From: an uncultured Methanoregula sp.
GTDB lineage: Archaea > Halobacteriota > Methanomicrobia > Methanomicrobiales > Methanospirillaceae
DNA length: 64,000 nucleotides
Reading direction: 5' to 3'
Assembly (NCBI GenBank): GCA_964409915.1
Contig: CAYPEQ010000007.1
Location: forward strand, 3,386-67,385
The position numbers and the translations under genes are program-made. Every line of letters starts with the position of its first letter. Position 1 is the stretch's first letter. The notes under the pieces are model-generated. The model ran no database searches. It saw only the letters and a list, made by a program, of their open reading frames with translations, and was not told the DNA's origin. This document shows, one piece after another, positions 8,271 through 17,133 of this stretch.

Positions 8271-9950
8271 ATGATATCCGTCCTCTTTGTCGATGACAAC
8301 ACCGACTTTCTTACCCAGTTTCGTCCAGTGCTTGAAAAGACCGGTGAGGTTCGGATGGAGACAGTGGCCTCTGCAAAGCAGGCAATTGAGAAACTTAAAA
8401 GCAGAAGCTTTGATGTCATCGTCTGTTACGAGGAGAATGCACCGGTCAACGGGATAGAATTTGTTGCCGATATGGACGGTATCGGCTTTTTACGGTATAT
8501 CCGCTCCATGGGAAATCCGACACCGGTCATTATCTTCCACCGGAAAGGGGATAGCCGGGTCACCTTTGAGGAGGTCAGTAACGGTGCCGAGATTGTGGTC
8601 CAGCGGACCGGCGACCTCCGCTCACCTGGGGCTGACCTGGTCACCCTTATCAAACAGGCAGCATTAAGAAAGAAAGCCGAACGGGACGTAAAACTGGAAA
8701 AAGACCAGCTGACTGCGATTCTCTCAGCAACACCTCTCGGTATATTCCAGATGCGGAACTCTGTTATCGAGTGGATCAATCACCCGCTTGCCGCTCTCCT
8801 TGGGGCACCGGAATCTTCGATCGTGGGAAAACCCGTCCGGTCACTTTTTAAGACCGATGAAGAGTTTATACAGGTATTCCGTGACCTCCAGATCCACCGT
8901 GATGTTCTCGGGAACGGTTGCGCGGAATGCGAACTAGTCAGGCCGGGCGGCAGTATTATTGCCTGTACCCTCCAGGCCCGGCTCCTCGATCCGCTTGATG
9001 CAAAAAAGGGCGGCACTGTCGTCGTAACCGATATTTCCGATAAAAAGAAGATGCGGGATGCCATCAAGGAAAGCGAAGCAAAGTACCGGGAGATGATGCA
9101 GAACACCCAGAGTATTATCGTCCGTATGGATGTCCAGGGTGTCATCACCTATGTCAATACCTATGCGGCTGCATTCTTTGATTATGCCGAGGCCGACCTC
9201 GTGGGAAAAAATATCGTCGGTACTATTACCCCGGAGAAGAACCGGGGCGGCCACGACCTCTCGATGATGGCAAACGACCTGGGTTTTAATGCCGAAGGAT
9301 ATGCCATTAACGTCAGCGAAAACATCCGCAGGAATGGCGATATCGTCTGGATTGCCTGGATCAACAAAGCGATCCGCGATCTGCAGGGCCACATCGTTGA
9401 AGTCCTGTGTATAGGCCATGATATTACTGACCGTAAACAGACCGGTGAAGTTCGCATCAGCACCGATACCTGGAAAGATCAGGTCGTTGCCGATACTGAT
9501 GTGCGCCAGGAAGTGTTCGATTCGGTGTTCCACATCTGCACCGAGATCTCAATTGAAGGAAGAGAAGGAAAAGCGGTTGGCACGACATTTCTTATCGGCG
9601 ACACCAAAAACGTGCTCGCAAAATCCCGGCAGATCATGCTCAACGCTTTTGAAGGCCACCAACCTGATATGCGTATGGTTACCAATCCCGATTTAAACGA
9701 GAACATCAAGGAATTTGCCCAGCTCGATGGGGCATTCGTCATCTCCGGCGATGGTTTTATCGAAGCATCGGGGCGCTATATCACGGTCGACTCAAGCAAG
9801 GTAACGCTGCCAAAAGGTATGGGTACACGACACAATTCGGTTGCGGCTATCACGAGCGTTACCCGGGCTGTTGGTATCGTCGTCTCCCAGAGCGGCGGCG
9901 GGATCACGATTTTCAAGAACGGGCAGATCTTAAAGAAGATCAGCCTGTAA
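8271..9950 (+). CDS. Signalling protein: degenerate receiver - PAS - PAS - DAC (DisA_N-type diadenylate cyclase) domain
   Basis: The N-terminus MISVLFVDDN..FDVIVCYEE is a receiver fold lacking the acceptor Asp. Two PAS-like blocks follow. The C-terminus carries GKAVGTTFLIGD, QLDGAFVISGDG, GMGTRHNSVAAIT and VVSQSGGGITIF, matching the DGA / RH(x)xA layout of DAC domains. Confidence 0.6.
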   Translation: MISVLFVDDNTDFLTQFRPVLEKTGEVRMETVASAKQAIEKLKSRSFDVIVCYEENAPVNGIEFVADMDGIGFLRYIRSMGNPTPVIIFHRKGDSRVTFEEVSNGAEIVVQRTGDLRSPGADLVTLIKQAALRKKAERDVKLEKDQLTAILSATPLGIFQMRNSVIEWINHPLAALLGAPESSIVGKPVRSLFKTDEEFIQVFRDLQIHRDVLGNGCAECELVRPGGSIIACTLQARLLDPLDAKKGGTVVVTDISDKKKMRDAIKESEAKYREMMQNTQSIIVRMDVQGVITYVNTYAAAFFDYAEADLVGKNIVGTITPEKNRGGHDLSMMANDLGFNAEGYAINVSENIRRNGDIVWIAWINKAIRDLQGHIVEVLCIGHDITDRKQTGEVRISTDTWKDQVVADTDVRQEVFDSVFHICTEISIEGREGKAVGTTFLIGDTKNVLAKSRQIMLNAFEGHQPDMRMVTNPDLNENIKEFAQLDGAFVISGDGFIEASGRYITVDSSKVTLPKGMGTRHNSVAAITSVTRAVGIVVSQSGGGITIFKNGQILKKISL

Positions 9951-9999
9951 TCTTTTTCGCCGGCATCTACCGGAAATGATTTTTTCTTGCTAGAGGAAC

Positions 10000-10953
10000 T
10001 TAAACCGGAAATTTCATGTGGAAATGCCCGGTTCGTGATCGTTCTGTTGACGGTATCAGGACGATCGGCGAAGTAAATGTTGCCTGAACCGGAGCTACAC
10101 CGCCGGGTGCTGAAGTAATCGTTACGGAATAATTCCCTGACCAGAATGAAGTCGTATCGGCAGTAAGTGTCCATTCATTTGCTGGTGACCCACCAGTTAC
10201 ATTTGCCGATCCCAAGAAATCGCCACAAAAAGTGTCCGAAGATTCGCATTTTATCCCGGCAAGGGGTTCATGTTGGATCGAGACTGATAGCGTCTCACCC
10301 GGCTGGAGGGTTGTCGATCCGTTGACGGTTATGGTATTGTTTGCAGCAGAAATGTTCACCGGGTCAATGGAAATAGCCGAACTTCCAACTGGAGTAATCC
10401 CCGGTGGTTGTGCCGCCGTTACGGAAAAAATATAATCTGCATAGGTATCATTCACTGCCGGATCGTTTAAGGCAGCAATTAATGCTGAATATGCAAATGA
10501 GGACTCCTGTTCACCGGATGTGCTCAGGTTAAACAGGACCGCAGGCCCGGACTCATTCTTCGAATCGATCACGTCATTACCCATAACCATGACGTCAAAT
10601 ATCCCGTTATTACCCGGGTACTGGATTACAAGGTGATATGGCCCCGGAGTCATATTTCTTGTCTGCCACGGATAGAGTGCATAGACAAATGCGGATTGTG
10701 GATCTACCTGTTCCGTAGTCGTTGAAATCTCATGAGGACCGATAAGCCAGAACCTGAGCGCCGTTGCATTGGGTTCCATTCCCTGGAGCACCAATGACTT
10801 GCCTTGGGAAATGGACGAGGAAAACAGGACAATTTCCTGGTACGGGGGAAATTCCCAGGCATGTGCATACGGTACAATAAAACATGCAAGAGATACCAGT
10901 ACAATAAAACCCAGAAGAGCACTTTTTCGAATAATCCGATTTGCATGTTCCAT
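10000..10953 (-). CDS. Secreted/surface protein, function unknown
   Basis: ATG 10953 is preceded by GTGAT. The signal/anchor is RKSALLGFIVLVSLACFIVPYAHA. The mature part is Ser/Thr/Asn-rich with many N-x-S/T sequons. Confidence 0.55.
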   Translation of the reverse strand: MEHANRIIRKSALLGFIVLVSLACFIVPYAHAWEFPPYQEIVLFSSSISQGKSLVLQGMEPNATALRFWLIGPHEISTTTEQVDPQSAFVYALYPWQTRNMTPGPYHLVIQYPGNNGIFDVMVMGNDVIDSKNESGPAVLFNLSTSGEQESSFAYSALIAALNDPAVNDTYADYIFSVTAAQPPGITPVGSSAISIDPVNISAANNTITVNGSTTLQPGETLSVSIQHEPLAGIKCESSDTFCGDFLGSANVTGGSPANEWTLTADTTSFWSGNYSVTITSAPGGVAPVQATFTSPIVLIPSTERSRTGHFHMKFPV

Positions 10954-11013
10954 TATGATCACTGGTGTGTAACAGAAACATCTGTATTATAGTATAGGAT
11001 AGTGCCGGTTATT

Positions 11014-12381
11014 TCAGTGTTCTACCGGGTACCCTGCACGAACCCACGCCTGCATACCGCCAAGGACATTGGTTACATCAGTAAACCCATGCATTGCAAG
11101 CACACTTGCCCCAAGGCTTCCCTTGTATCCGGAATCGCAGTACACGAAAACCGGACGATCTTTTGGAATCTCTACGAGGTGTTGTAAAAGCTCACCGATA
11201 TACACCGATGTAGAACCAGGTATATGCCCTACCTGTTCCCTGTTTTTTCTGTCCCGGACGTCAAGGAGGAATGGTTTTTCATGGAACACGACATCATAGA
11301 GTTTCTGGACTGAACAGGTGCCGGTCCTCTCGACCGGTTGTGCAGCACGGCACCATGCGGGAAAACCACCGGCAAGCCAGCCACTCAAAGTATCATAACC
11401 CAACCACACGAAGTGTTGAAATACGGGTTCAATATTACCAGAGAAGTCATCGATAAGCATAATCGGGCGTTTATAATCAAGGAACCAACCGGCAAACGAA
11501 GGGATGCCGTCACGCCAGATCGAAAGGCTGCCGGGAATGTGTCCTGCGGCAAATGCAGTTGGGGAACGTATATCCACGATTTGACCACCGGAAGTAATAA
11601 TAGAGGTTACGTCAGCAGCTGATAGCGGGTGTGGCCTTGTGAGATCACGGAGCAGGGCAGGGCCTTCCCTGTTGACTTTTTCCATTTGCCGGAAATAGGG
11701 CGGCAGGTACGGGGATTCAGTGGTACGCCGGGCGACGAACGCATCGTGTCCGAGTGCCAGGACAGGATTGGAACGCTTTTCGTACCCGATAGTGGAAAAC
11801 GGATGATCAGCAATTTCCTCTCCGCACACGGATCCCGCACCGTGTGCCGGGCAGAGAATGACACCGTCGCCAAGCGACAGGATCTTTCGGGTAATGCTTG
11901 CATAGATCTTTTCTGCCATCACCGCTTTTTGATCCGGCCCGGCTAAATCCGTCCGTGCAATATCACCGGCAAAAAGCGTGTCGCCGGAGAAGACCAGGTA
12001 TGGCTCACGTGAAACCTCATTATCTACTAGAACAAAAGTCAGGCTTTCTTCAGTGTGCCCCGGGGTCTCAAGGACTGATATTTCCAATGTCCCTATCTTG
12101 AACCGGGCGCCTTCGCGGGCAATATTACCGTACTCAAAATCCATCCGAGGGCCATGATAGATCGACGCATTACTCAGGTGCGCAAGTTCCATCGCACCGG
12201 ACACATAATCCTCGTTCCGATGTGTTTCAAAGATATGGGTGATTATAGAATCATGCCGGTCTGCAAGCTCAAGATAGATATCACAATCCCGCCGTGGATC
12301 AATAACTGCCGCTCTTCCCCCAGAGCCAACCATATACGAATTATGAGATAACCCTTCAGAAACGACACGCTCAAACCACAT
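11014..12381 (-). CDS. Metallo-beta-lactamase-fold protein fused to two rhodanese domains (persulfide-dioxygenase-like architecture)
   Basis: MBL motifs are THIFETHRNEDYVSG, LETPGHTEES, FSGDTLFAGD and CPAHGAGS. A first rhodanese has no active-site Cys (IMLIDDFSG). A second has one (VFVYCDSGYKGS). Confidence 0.75.
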   Translation of the reverse strand: MWFERVVSEGLSHNSYMVGSGGRAAVIDPRRDCDIYLELADRHDSIITHIFETHRNEDYVSGAMELAHLSNASIYHGPRMDFEYGNIAREGARFKIGTLEISVLETPGHTEESLTFVLVDNEVSREPYLVFSGDTLFAGDIARTDLAGPDQKAVMAEKIYASITRKILSLGDGVILCPAHGAGSVCGEEIADHPFSTIGYEKRSNPVLALGHDAFVARRTTESPYLPPYFRQMEKVNREGPALLRDLTRPHPLSAADVTSIITSGGQIVDIRSPTAFAAGHIPGSLSIWRDGIPSFAGWFLDYKRPIMLIDDFSGNIEPVFQHFVWLGYDTLSGWLAGGFPAWCRAAQPVERTGTCSVQKLYDVVFHEKPFLLDVRDRKNREQVGHIPGSTSVYIGELLQHLVEIPKDRPVFVYCDSGYKGSLGASVLAMHGFTDVTNVLGGMQAWVRAGYPVEH

Positions 12382-12422
12382 ACGGCAATGAACCCCGCAT
12401 AAATCCAGAAAAAATTGTCAGG

Positions 12423-13313
12423 TTACCGGGGATTTTTTCCGATTATAGTCTTGTTGTCAGGATATGACGACCATTCAGTAAAACCGCCTTCATAGAGAAC
12501 GACGTTATTGTAGCCCAGGTAATATTTGAAGAGCAGGAACTCGTTTGTTGCTTCTCTTCCGGTACCACAGGAACAGATGATGGTTTTCTCTGGTGTGGCC
12601 CCGGCAGCCTGCACCAGTGACTGGATCTGGTCGTCTGGTTTCATGAGTTTTTTATTTTTATCATCCATAAGGCTCTTCCAGGGAAGGCTGACCGCACCGG
12701 GAATGTGGCCGGGCCGGATCCAGGGGCCCTGACCTTCATAGACCGGCGAGGGGCGTGCATCCAAGAGGACGACATTGGCCTCGTCCTTCATCCTGAGGAA
12801 TTCATAATAATCTATGAAAAAATCTTTTTGCAAGTCCACCGTAAACGATGACGGTTTTGTAAGATCGAACTGACGGGTAACAGGACGTTTTTCCTCCTTC
12901 CATTTTTCAAGCCCACCGTCAAGGAGAAACACTTTCTGATGCCCATACCGGGCTAGAGTATAGGCAACCATGGTCTGTTCAAGTCCGTCGCCAATGAAAT
13001 TACCGCACGTGGTCAGGGGGCCGCTGCTTGAGTATACAACGGCCGGTTTGTCCGGTTCCAGTCCCAGGGTCCGGAACAGGATCTCAGCTGCATCGGCCGG
13101 AATCCATCGCGTCGGAATCGCACCTTCATGAATGCGGAATAAGTTTTCATGTGCAAAAAGAGCCCCGGGAATGTGATCCTGGATATACTCGTGGACGTTT
13201 GGCTGACAATCTATAATACCAAGACCTTTGTCATGGAGATGGTTTTCCAGCCATTCAGTGGAAACCCATGCCACCGTTCCGTCGCCTTTTCCATAAGGAT
13301 AGGTTTTTTCCAT
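12423..13313 (-). CDS. Tandem-rhodanese sulfurtransferase (thiosulfate/3-mercaptopyruvate type)
   Basis: 296 aa with two rhodanese halves. The C-terminal half carries the active-site loop TIICSCGTGREAT. The gene starts 42 nt downstream of the stop of 11014-12381 on the same strand. Confidence 0.8.
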   Translation of the reverse strand: MEKTYPYGKGDGTVAWVSTEWLENHLHDKGLGIIDCQPNVHEYIQDHIPGALFAHENLFRIHEGAIPTRWIPADAAEILFRTLGLEPDKPAVVYSSSGPLTTCGNFIGDGLEQTMVAYTLARYGHQKVFLLDGGLEKWKEEKRPVTRQFDLTKPSSFTVDLQKDFFIDYYEFLRMKDEANVVLLDARPSPVYEGQGPWIRPGHIPGAVSLPWKSLMDDKNKKLMKPDDQIQSLVQAAGATPEKTIICSCGTGREATNEFLLFKYYLGYNNVVLYEGGFTEWSSYPDNKTIIGKNPR

Positions 13314-13447
13314 TTTTTTACCTCCTGTATGCCGATAGTAAGGATAACTTCGTATCAGTATCGGAGCTAATAACAGTTGGGATAGGACTCATTTTTTGAA
13401 ACATTCGGTGAAACCCGACAGAAGAATACGCACCCGATCGCTCGGTA

Positions 13448-14482
13448 TCAAACAAGAAGAGAAAGGAAGAGCAGCACATAAAGCGAGAGCGAGAGCGTCG
13501 GGATGATACGGATCGACCAGTAGTTGACTTGTGCAACCCGGTGAGGATTCTTGTCCTCCGTGAATTTCAGGATAAGAATACCCGAGACCAGTACCATGAC
13601 GAGTGTCGCATAGGTGATGATCATAAAGAAATCCAAAAACGTCGCGTAGGCAACAAGCGGAATGTCATCGGCAATACGCCAGTGGATAAGTACCGCGGCA
13701 AGGAACATCGATCCGTTCAGGCCAAGCCGGGAGGAGACTTTCATCAAAAGCGAGGCTAATGACACAATTACGATAAGCGAGATAGGCAGGAAGAACTTCA
13801 GGATAGTCGATTCAACATCCCGTTCGATACCATAATTGAACACAGCCCGGGAATAGGGAGTTTCCCCTGCCACATAGGTCTTATTGGTTACCAGGGCATC
13901 CATCCCGGTAATAGCCCAACCCGGGAGGTTTGCTTCGGAATCAATGCCGGTATTGTTCTCGTCAATGACAAAAACCATGTCTTTTTCGGTATAGATCTTC
14001 GGTTCAATGAGAATAGGAAGCGTGTGTTTGTCGAAAGGGAACAGGCGCAGATCGGGATTTGCCGTCATGACGGCAAAGATGCGGTAATTTTTTTCCTGGG
14101 GCGTATTGGTGATCGTATCTATTGATGTTACGTGGCCGTTCATGAGCTCGAAGTCGTTTATAGAGACATTGGCATCCGAATCGATGTTTAAGTAAAAATT
14201 CGTTGAGTAGGTCCCCTGCTGGACGCTGAAGTCACTAAAATCCACAACGTAGACCCCGATGTGCACTATCGCCGGGCCGGTTTCGGCAGGCTCGGCTGAT
14301 GTGTTAAGGCTGTTACTGGCAAAGACCGGTACGATGAGGATAGCAAAAACGATGAAGATTAAAAGGATATTCCGGAATGCCACACCGTCTCCTCTTTCAT
14401 GGAATATATCGTTATCCTGTAGCGGTAGTACCATTAGGGAAGTCTCGCCGTCCTCTAAAAACCACATAGGGTAGAAGAACAA
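13448..14482 (-). CDS. Pentameric ligand-gated ion channel (Cys-loop receptor superfamily) homologue, prokaryotic type
   Basis: A beta-rich N-terminal domain contains LRLFPFDKHTLPILIE (the FPFD loop, without the two Cys). M1 is ILKFFLPISLIVIVSLASLL. The M2-M3 region DIPLVAYATFLDFFMIITYATLVMVLV matches the LP.VAY.T..D.F signature of GLIC/ELIC-type channels. The M3-M4 loop is short. The longest ORF starts at TTG 14482; a more likely start is GTG 14383, preceded by AGAGGAGA (MAFRNILLIFIVFAILIVPVFA), or ATG 14434. Confidence 0.8.
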   Translation of the reverse strand: MFFYPMWFLEDGETSLMVLPLQDNDIFHERGDGVAFRNILLIFIVFAILIVPVFASNSLNTSAEPAETGPAIVHIGVYVVDFSDFSVQQGTYSTNFYLNIDSDANVSINDFELMNGHVTSIDTITNTPQEKNYRIFAVMTANPDLRLFPFDKHTLPILIEPKIYTEKDMVFVIDENNTGIDSEANLPGWAITGMDALVTNKTYVAGETPYSRAVFNYGIERDVESTILKFFLPISLIVIVSLASLLMKVSSRLGLNGSMFLAAVLIHWRIADDIPLVAYATFLDFFMIITYATLVMVLVSGILILKFTEDKNPHRVAQVNYWSIRIIPTLSLSLYVLLFLSLLV

Positions 14483-14511
14483 TAATAGTTATCGGATTTA
14501 TCCCGGTATCC

Positions 14512-14904
14512 TTACAAAGAATGCTGTGGCCGGGAGTTAATGAGCGCTTTGCCGATAAGATCGAGGAGTTCAGTATCAACAAATGGTTTGAAGATCACGC
14601 CACTCTGAGCAACACCCATCATTCGCGCAAGGACATTCTCTGATGAGAAAGCGGTTATAAAAATAACGGGGATCGAAAATCGCTGCTGGATCTTTTGTGA
14701 CGTATCGATGCCATCGAGGGAGCCTCCAAGACCGATATCCATGAGAATGATATCAGGTTTTGGGCATTTTTCAAGTGCCTCAATGGCCATTTCGCCGGAG
14801 GAAGCCGGTTCGATAACGTTGTAACCTGCTCGTTCAAGTATCTCGGTTAGATGAAGCATGATCAATCCTTCGTCTTCGACTATCAGTACAGCTTCCCCGG
14901 TCAT
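14512..14904 (-). CDS. Single-domain response regulator (receiver)
   Basis: An internal ATG at 14904 gives MTGEAVLIVEDEG..PDIILMDIGL..VIFITA..IFKPF, so the canonical acidic pocket, T and K positions are present. Confidence 0.8.
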   Translation of the reverse strand: MTGEAVLIVEDEGLIMLHLTEILERAGYNVIEPASSGEMAIEALEKCPKPDIILMDIGLGGSLDGIDTSQKIQQRFSIPVIFITAFSSENVLARMMGVAQSGVIFKPFVDTELLDLIGKALINSRPQHSL

Positions 14905-14960
14905 ATGTTTTCCCTGGTATTTGTCCACCTCATGAAGTCTCTTCCTTTTATGCGGATTTT

Positions 14961-16913
14961 TTATTTCTTGCGACCGGTTTTTACAAACCGCCATGCATTA
15001 TGGGGGATCAGTAACTCGAACCGTGCTCCCTTCCCGGAGGTACCAATCTCCTGAATCGTTATGCCGGTAATCATCAGGATCTCCCGGGATAAGAACAGAC
15101 CCATACCGGTATTTTTGCCGACCCCGCGTTCGAAGATCCGGTCTTTTGCCTCGTCCGGGATACCGATGCCATCGTCCTCGCAGATAAGAGTCATTCCCTT
15201 TTCAGTGATTACGTAAAAGAACCTGATGGTGGTTATTGTCTCTCCGTAACGGAGCGCATTATCAATAAGGTTATAGAATACTTTCTCTAGGAGGGGATCG
15301 GCATAAATTTCTGTGTCTTCGAGATCCAGGACAAACGTGATCTCTGACTGGGAAAAGTTGACCATATCACGCTCCATAACCTCCTTGAGATTCTGCCAGA
15401 CCGGGGCGTTGACACCAACTTCCTGATATTCCCGGGTAAAAGTGATTTGGCGCTGGATGACCCGCACCAGATCCTTAATCTGTGCGAGAAGAATATCGTG
15501 TTCTTCCTTATTTTTAGTTGAAACAGCCATATCAACGCATCCGATGACACCGGTGACAGTGTTAAGAATATCGTGCCGGGTGATGCTGTTGAGCAGGTTC
15601 AGTTTCTTGTTGGCCAGCTGCATCGCATTTTCCGCTTGACGGTGATCGGTAATATCCCTCAGCACACCATACAGGCCTACGGCCTTACCAAAAACATCCA
15701 CCCGGATAGTACCTTTTTCCTCCACCCAGTGGGTATTCCCCCACATATCTACAATCCGGAATACAGAGGTTTCCTCGGGTTCACCACACGTTACCTTTTT
15801 TAAACTCGCAAGCACGCCTTTACGATCATCCGGATAGACGAAATCAATGAGTGGGTGAGAGACTACATCCTCTTCGAGGAAACCATACCGGTTTACAAGG
15901 GGTGAAACATAGGTAAATATGCCATTTACATCAAGTGAGAAGAGAAGATCGGCAGTGTTCTCTGCAAGGGCACGATACTTCTCTTCACTTTCCCGGAGTT
16001 CGACTTCAATATTCCTGCGTTCGGTGCTGTCCCGTATTAATTCTACAGCACCCACCATTTTGCCCTCCCTGTTGTATAAGGGTGAAGAGATACACCAAAG
16101 CGAGGCACTATTACCGTTGTTGAAAAAGGGGATTGTAATCTCGGAGATAAGCTTTTTACCATCTCTTATAAGAAAGGGGAAATAATTTGCAATGATTTTT
16201 GGATCATTACAGGTGACTATATCGATAAGCATGGGCCGGCGTTCATGGTAAAAGGGAAGCGCGTATGCATAGTCTCCTTTTTCCAGGATTTCATCTGCGC
16301 AGATGCCCGTTAGCTGCTCCATTGCATGGTTCCATGCTGTCACCACGCCGTTTTTATCGATGGCAAAGATCGCATCCGGAAGGGAATCGATGAGGTCTGT
16401 TTCTCTTCGTTCAAGATCTCTGATATACATTTCCATCTGCTTCTGCCGAACAGATTGACGTATTGCATTACTGAGATCGGTAAACAATAATGTGGGATTA
16501 CTGCATTTCTGAAGGCAAAACGTGGCACCCTCGCTGAGTGCCTGAATGACAAACATTTCCCGGTCATTCCCGGAAAAAAGGATAAAAGGTATGTTATTTC
16601 CCGATGACCGTATCTGTTTTAAGAATTCGATGCCGTTTATCCCGGGCATCTGGTAGTCAGAGACGATCACTTCGTAATCCCGGCCCTGCATTTTTTCAAA
16701 CGCTTCTTGTGCGGAAAATGCGATATGCACTGAGAACTGAGGATCTTTTTCAAGGAACCTCCTCCCCACTTCAAGGAGACCTGAATCATCGTCGACAAGA
16801 AGGATCGTTATTTTGGTTAACCCTTCTCGTTTTGATGTCCCTGAAAAAGATCGAGATATCTCTTTTTTAATCGCATTTTCGCCATTTTCCTTTATTACAC
16901 TGGAATCAGACAT
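14961..16913 (-). CDS. Hybrid sensor histidine kinase: receiver - PAS - PAS - HisKA - HATPase
   Basis: Receiver motifs ILLVDDD and YEVIVSDYQMPGINGIEF; two PAS blocks; H-box ITRHDILN; ATPase motifs NLIDNALRYG, DDGIGIP and GKNTGMGLFLSREI. Confidence 0.85.
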   Translation of the reverse strand: MSDSSVIKENGENAIKKEISRSFSGTSKREGLTKITILLVDDDSGLLEVGRRFLEKDPQFSVHIAFSAQEAFEKMQGRDYEVIVSDYQMPGINGIEFLKQIRSSGNNIPFILFSGNDREMFVIQALSEGATFCLQKCSNPTLLFTDLSNAIRQSVRQKQMEMYIRDLERRETDLIDSLPDAIFAIDKNGVVTAWNHAMEQLTGICADEILEKGDYAYALPFYHERRPMLIDIVTCNDPKIIANYFPFLIRDGKKLISEITIPFFNNGNSASLWCISSPLYNREGKMVGAVELIRDSTERRNIEVELRESEEKYRALAENTADLLFSLDVNGIFTYVSPLVNRYGFLEEDVVSHPLIDFVYPDDRKGVLASLKKVTCGEPEETSVFRIVDMWGNTHWVEEKGTIRVDVFGKAVGLYGVLRDITDHRQAENAMQLANKKLNLLNSITRHDILNTVTGVIGCVDMAVSTKNKEEHDILLAQIKDLVRVIQRQITFTREYQEVGVNAPVWQNLKEVMERDMVNFSQSEITFVLDLEDTEIYADPLLEKVFYNLIDNALRYGETITTIRFFYVITEKGMTLICEDDGIGIPDEAKDRIFERGVGKNTGMGLFLSREILMITGITIQEIGTSGKGARFELLIPHNAWRFVKTGRKK

Positions 16914-17133
16914 AGGTGCATCGGCAGCTCACGGAGGATAGAGACCCAGTTTTTGCGGTTGTAATAGCTGGCTCACGTCATCCGGTGATACTTCTGAATA
17001 AGAACTGACAGATTATATTTCAAACCATATCTGAAATTTCGAAGTGTCTGAAATTTTAAAGGCATTAAAATTTTTAATGGCGTTAAAAAAACTCGGTGAT
17101 TTGAAATAATGTATAGGCGAGCACGTTTAATGC

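Noticed and set aside
13318-13536. A 72-aa minus-strand ORF bridging the rhodanese and pLGIC genes.
   Set aside because: It overlaps the 3' end of the channel gene in another frame, is Ser/Arg-rich and has no start context.
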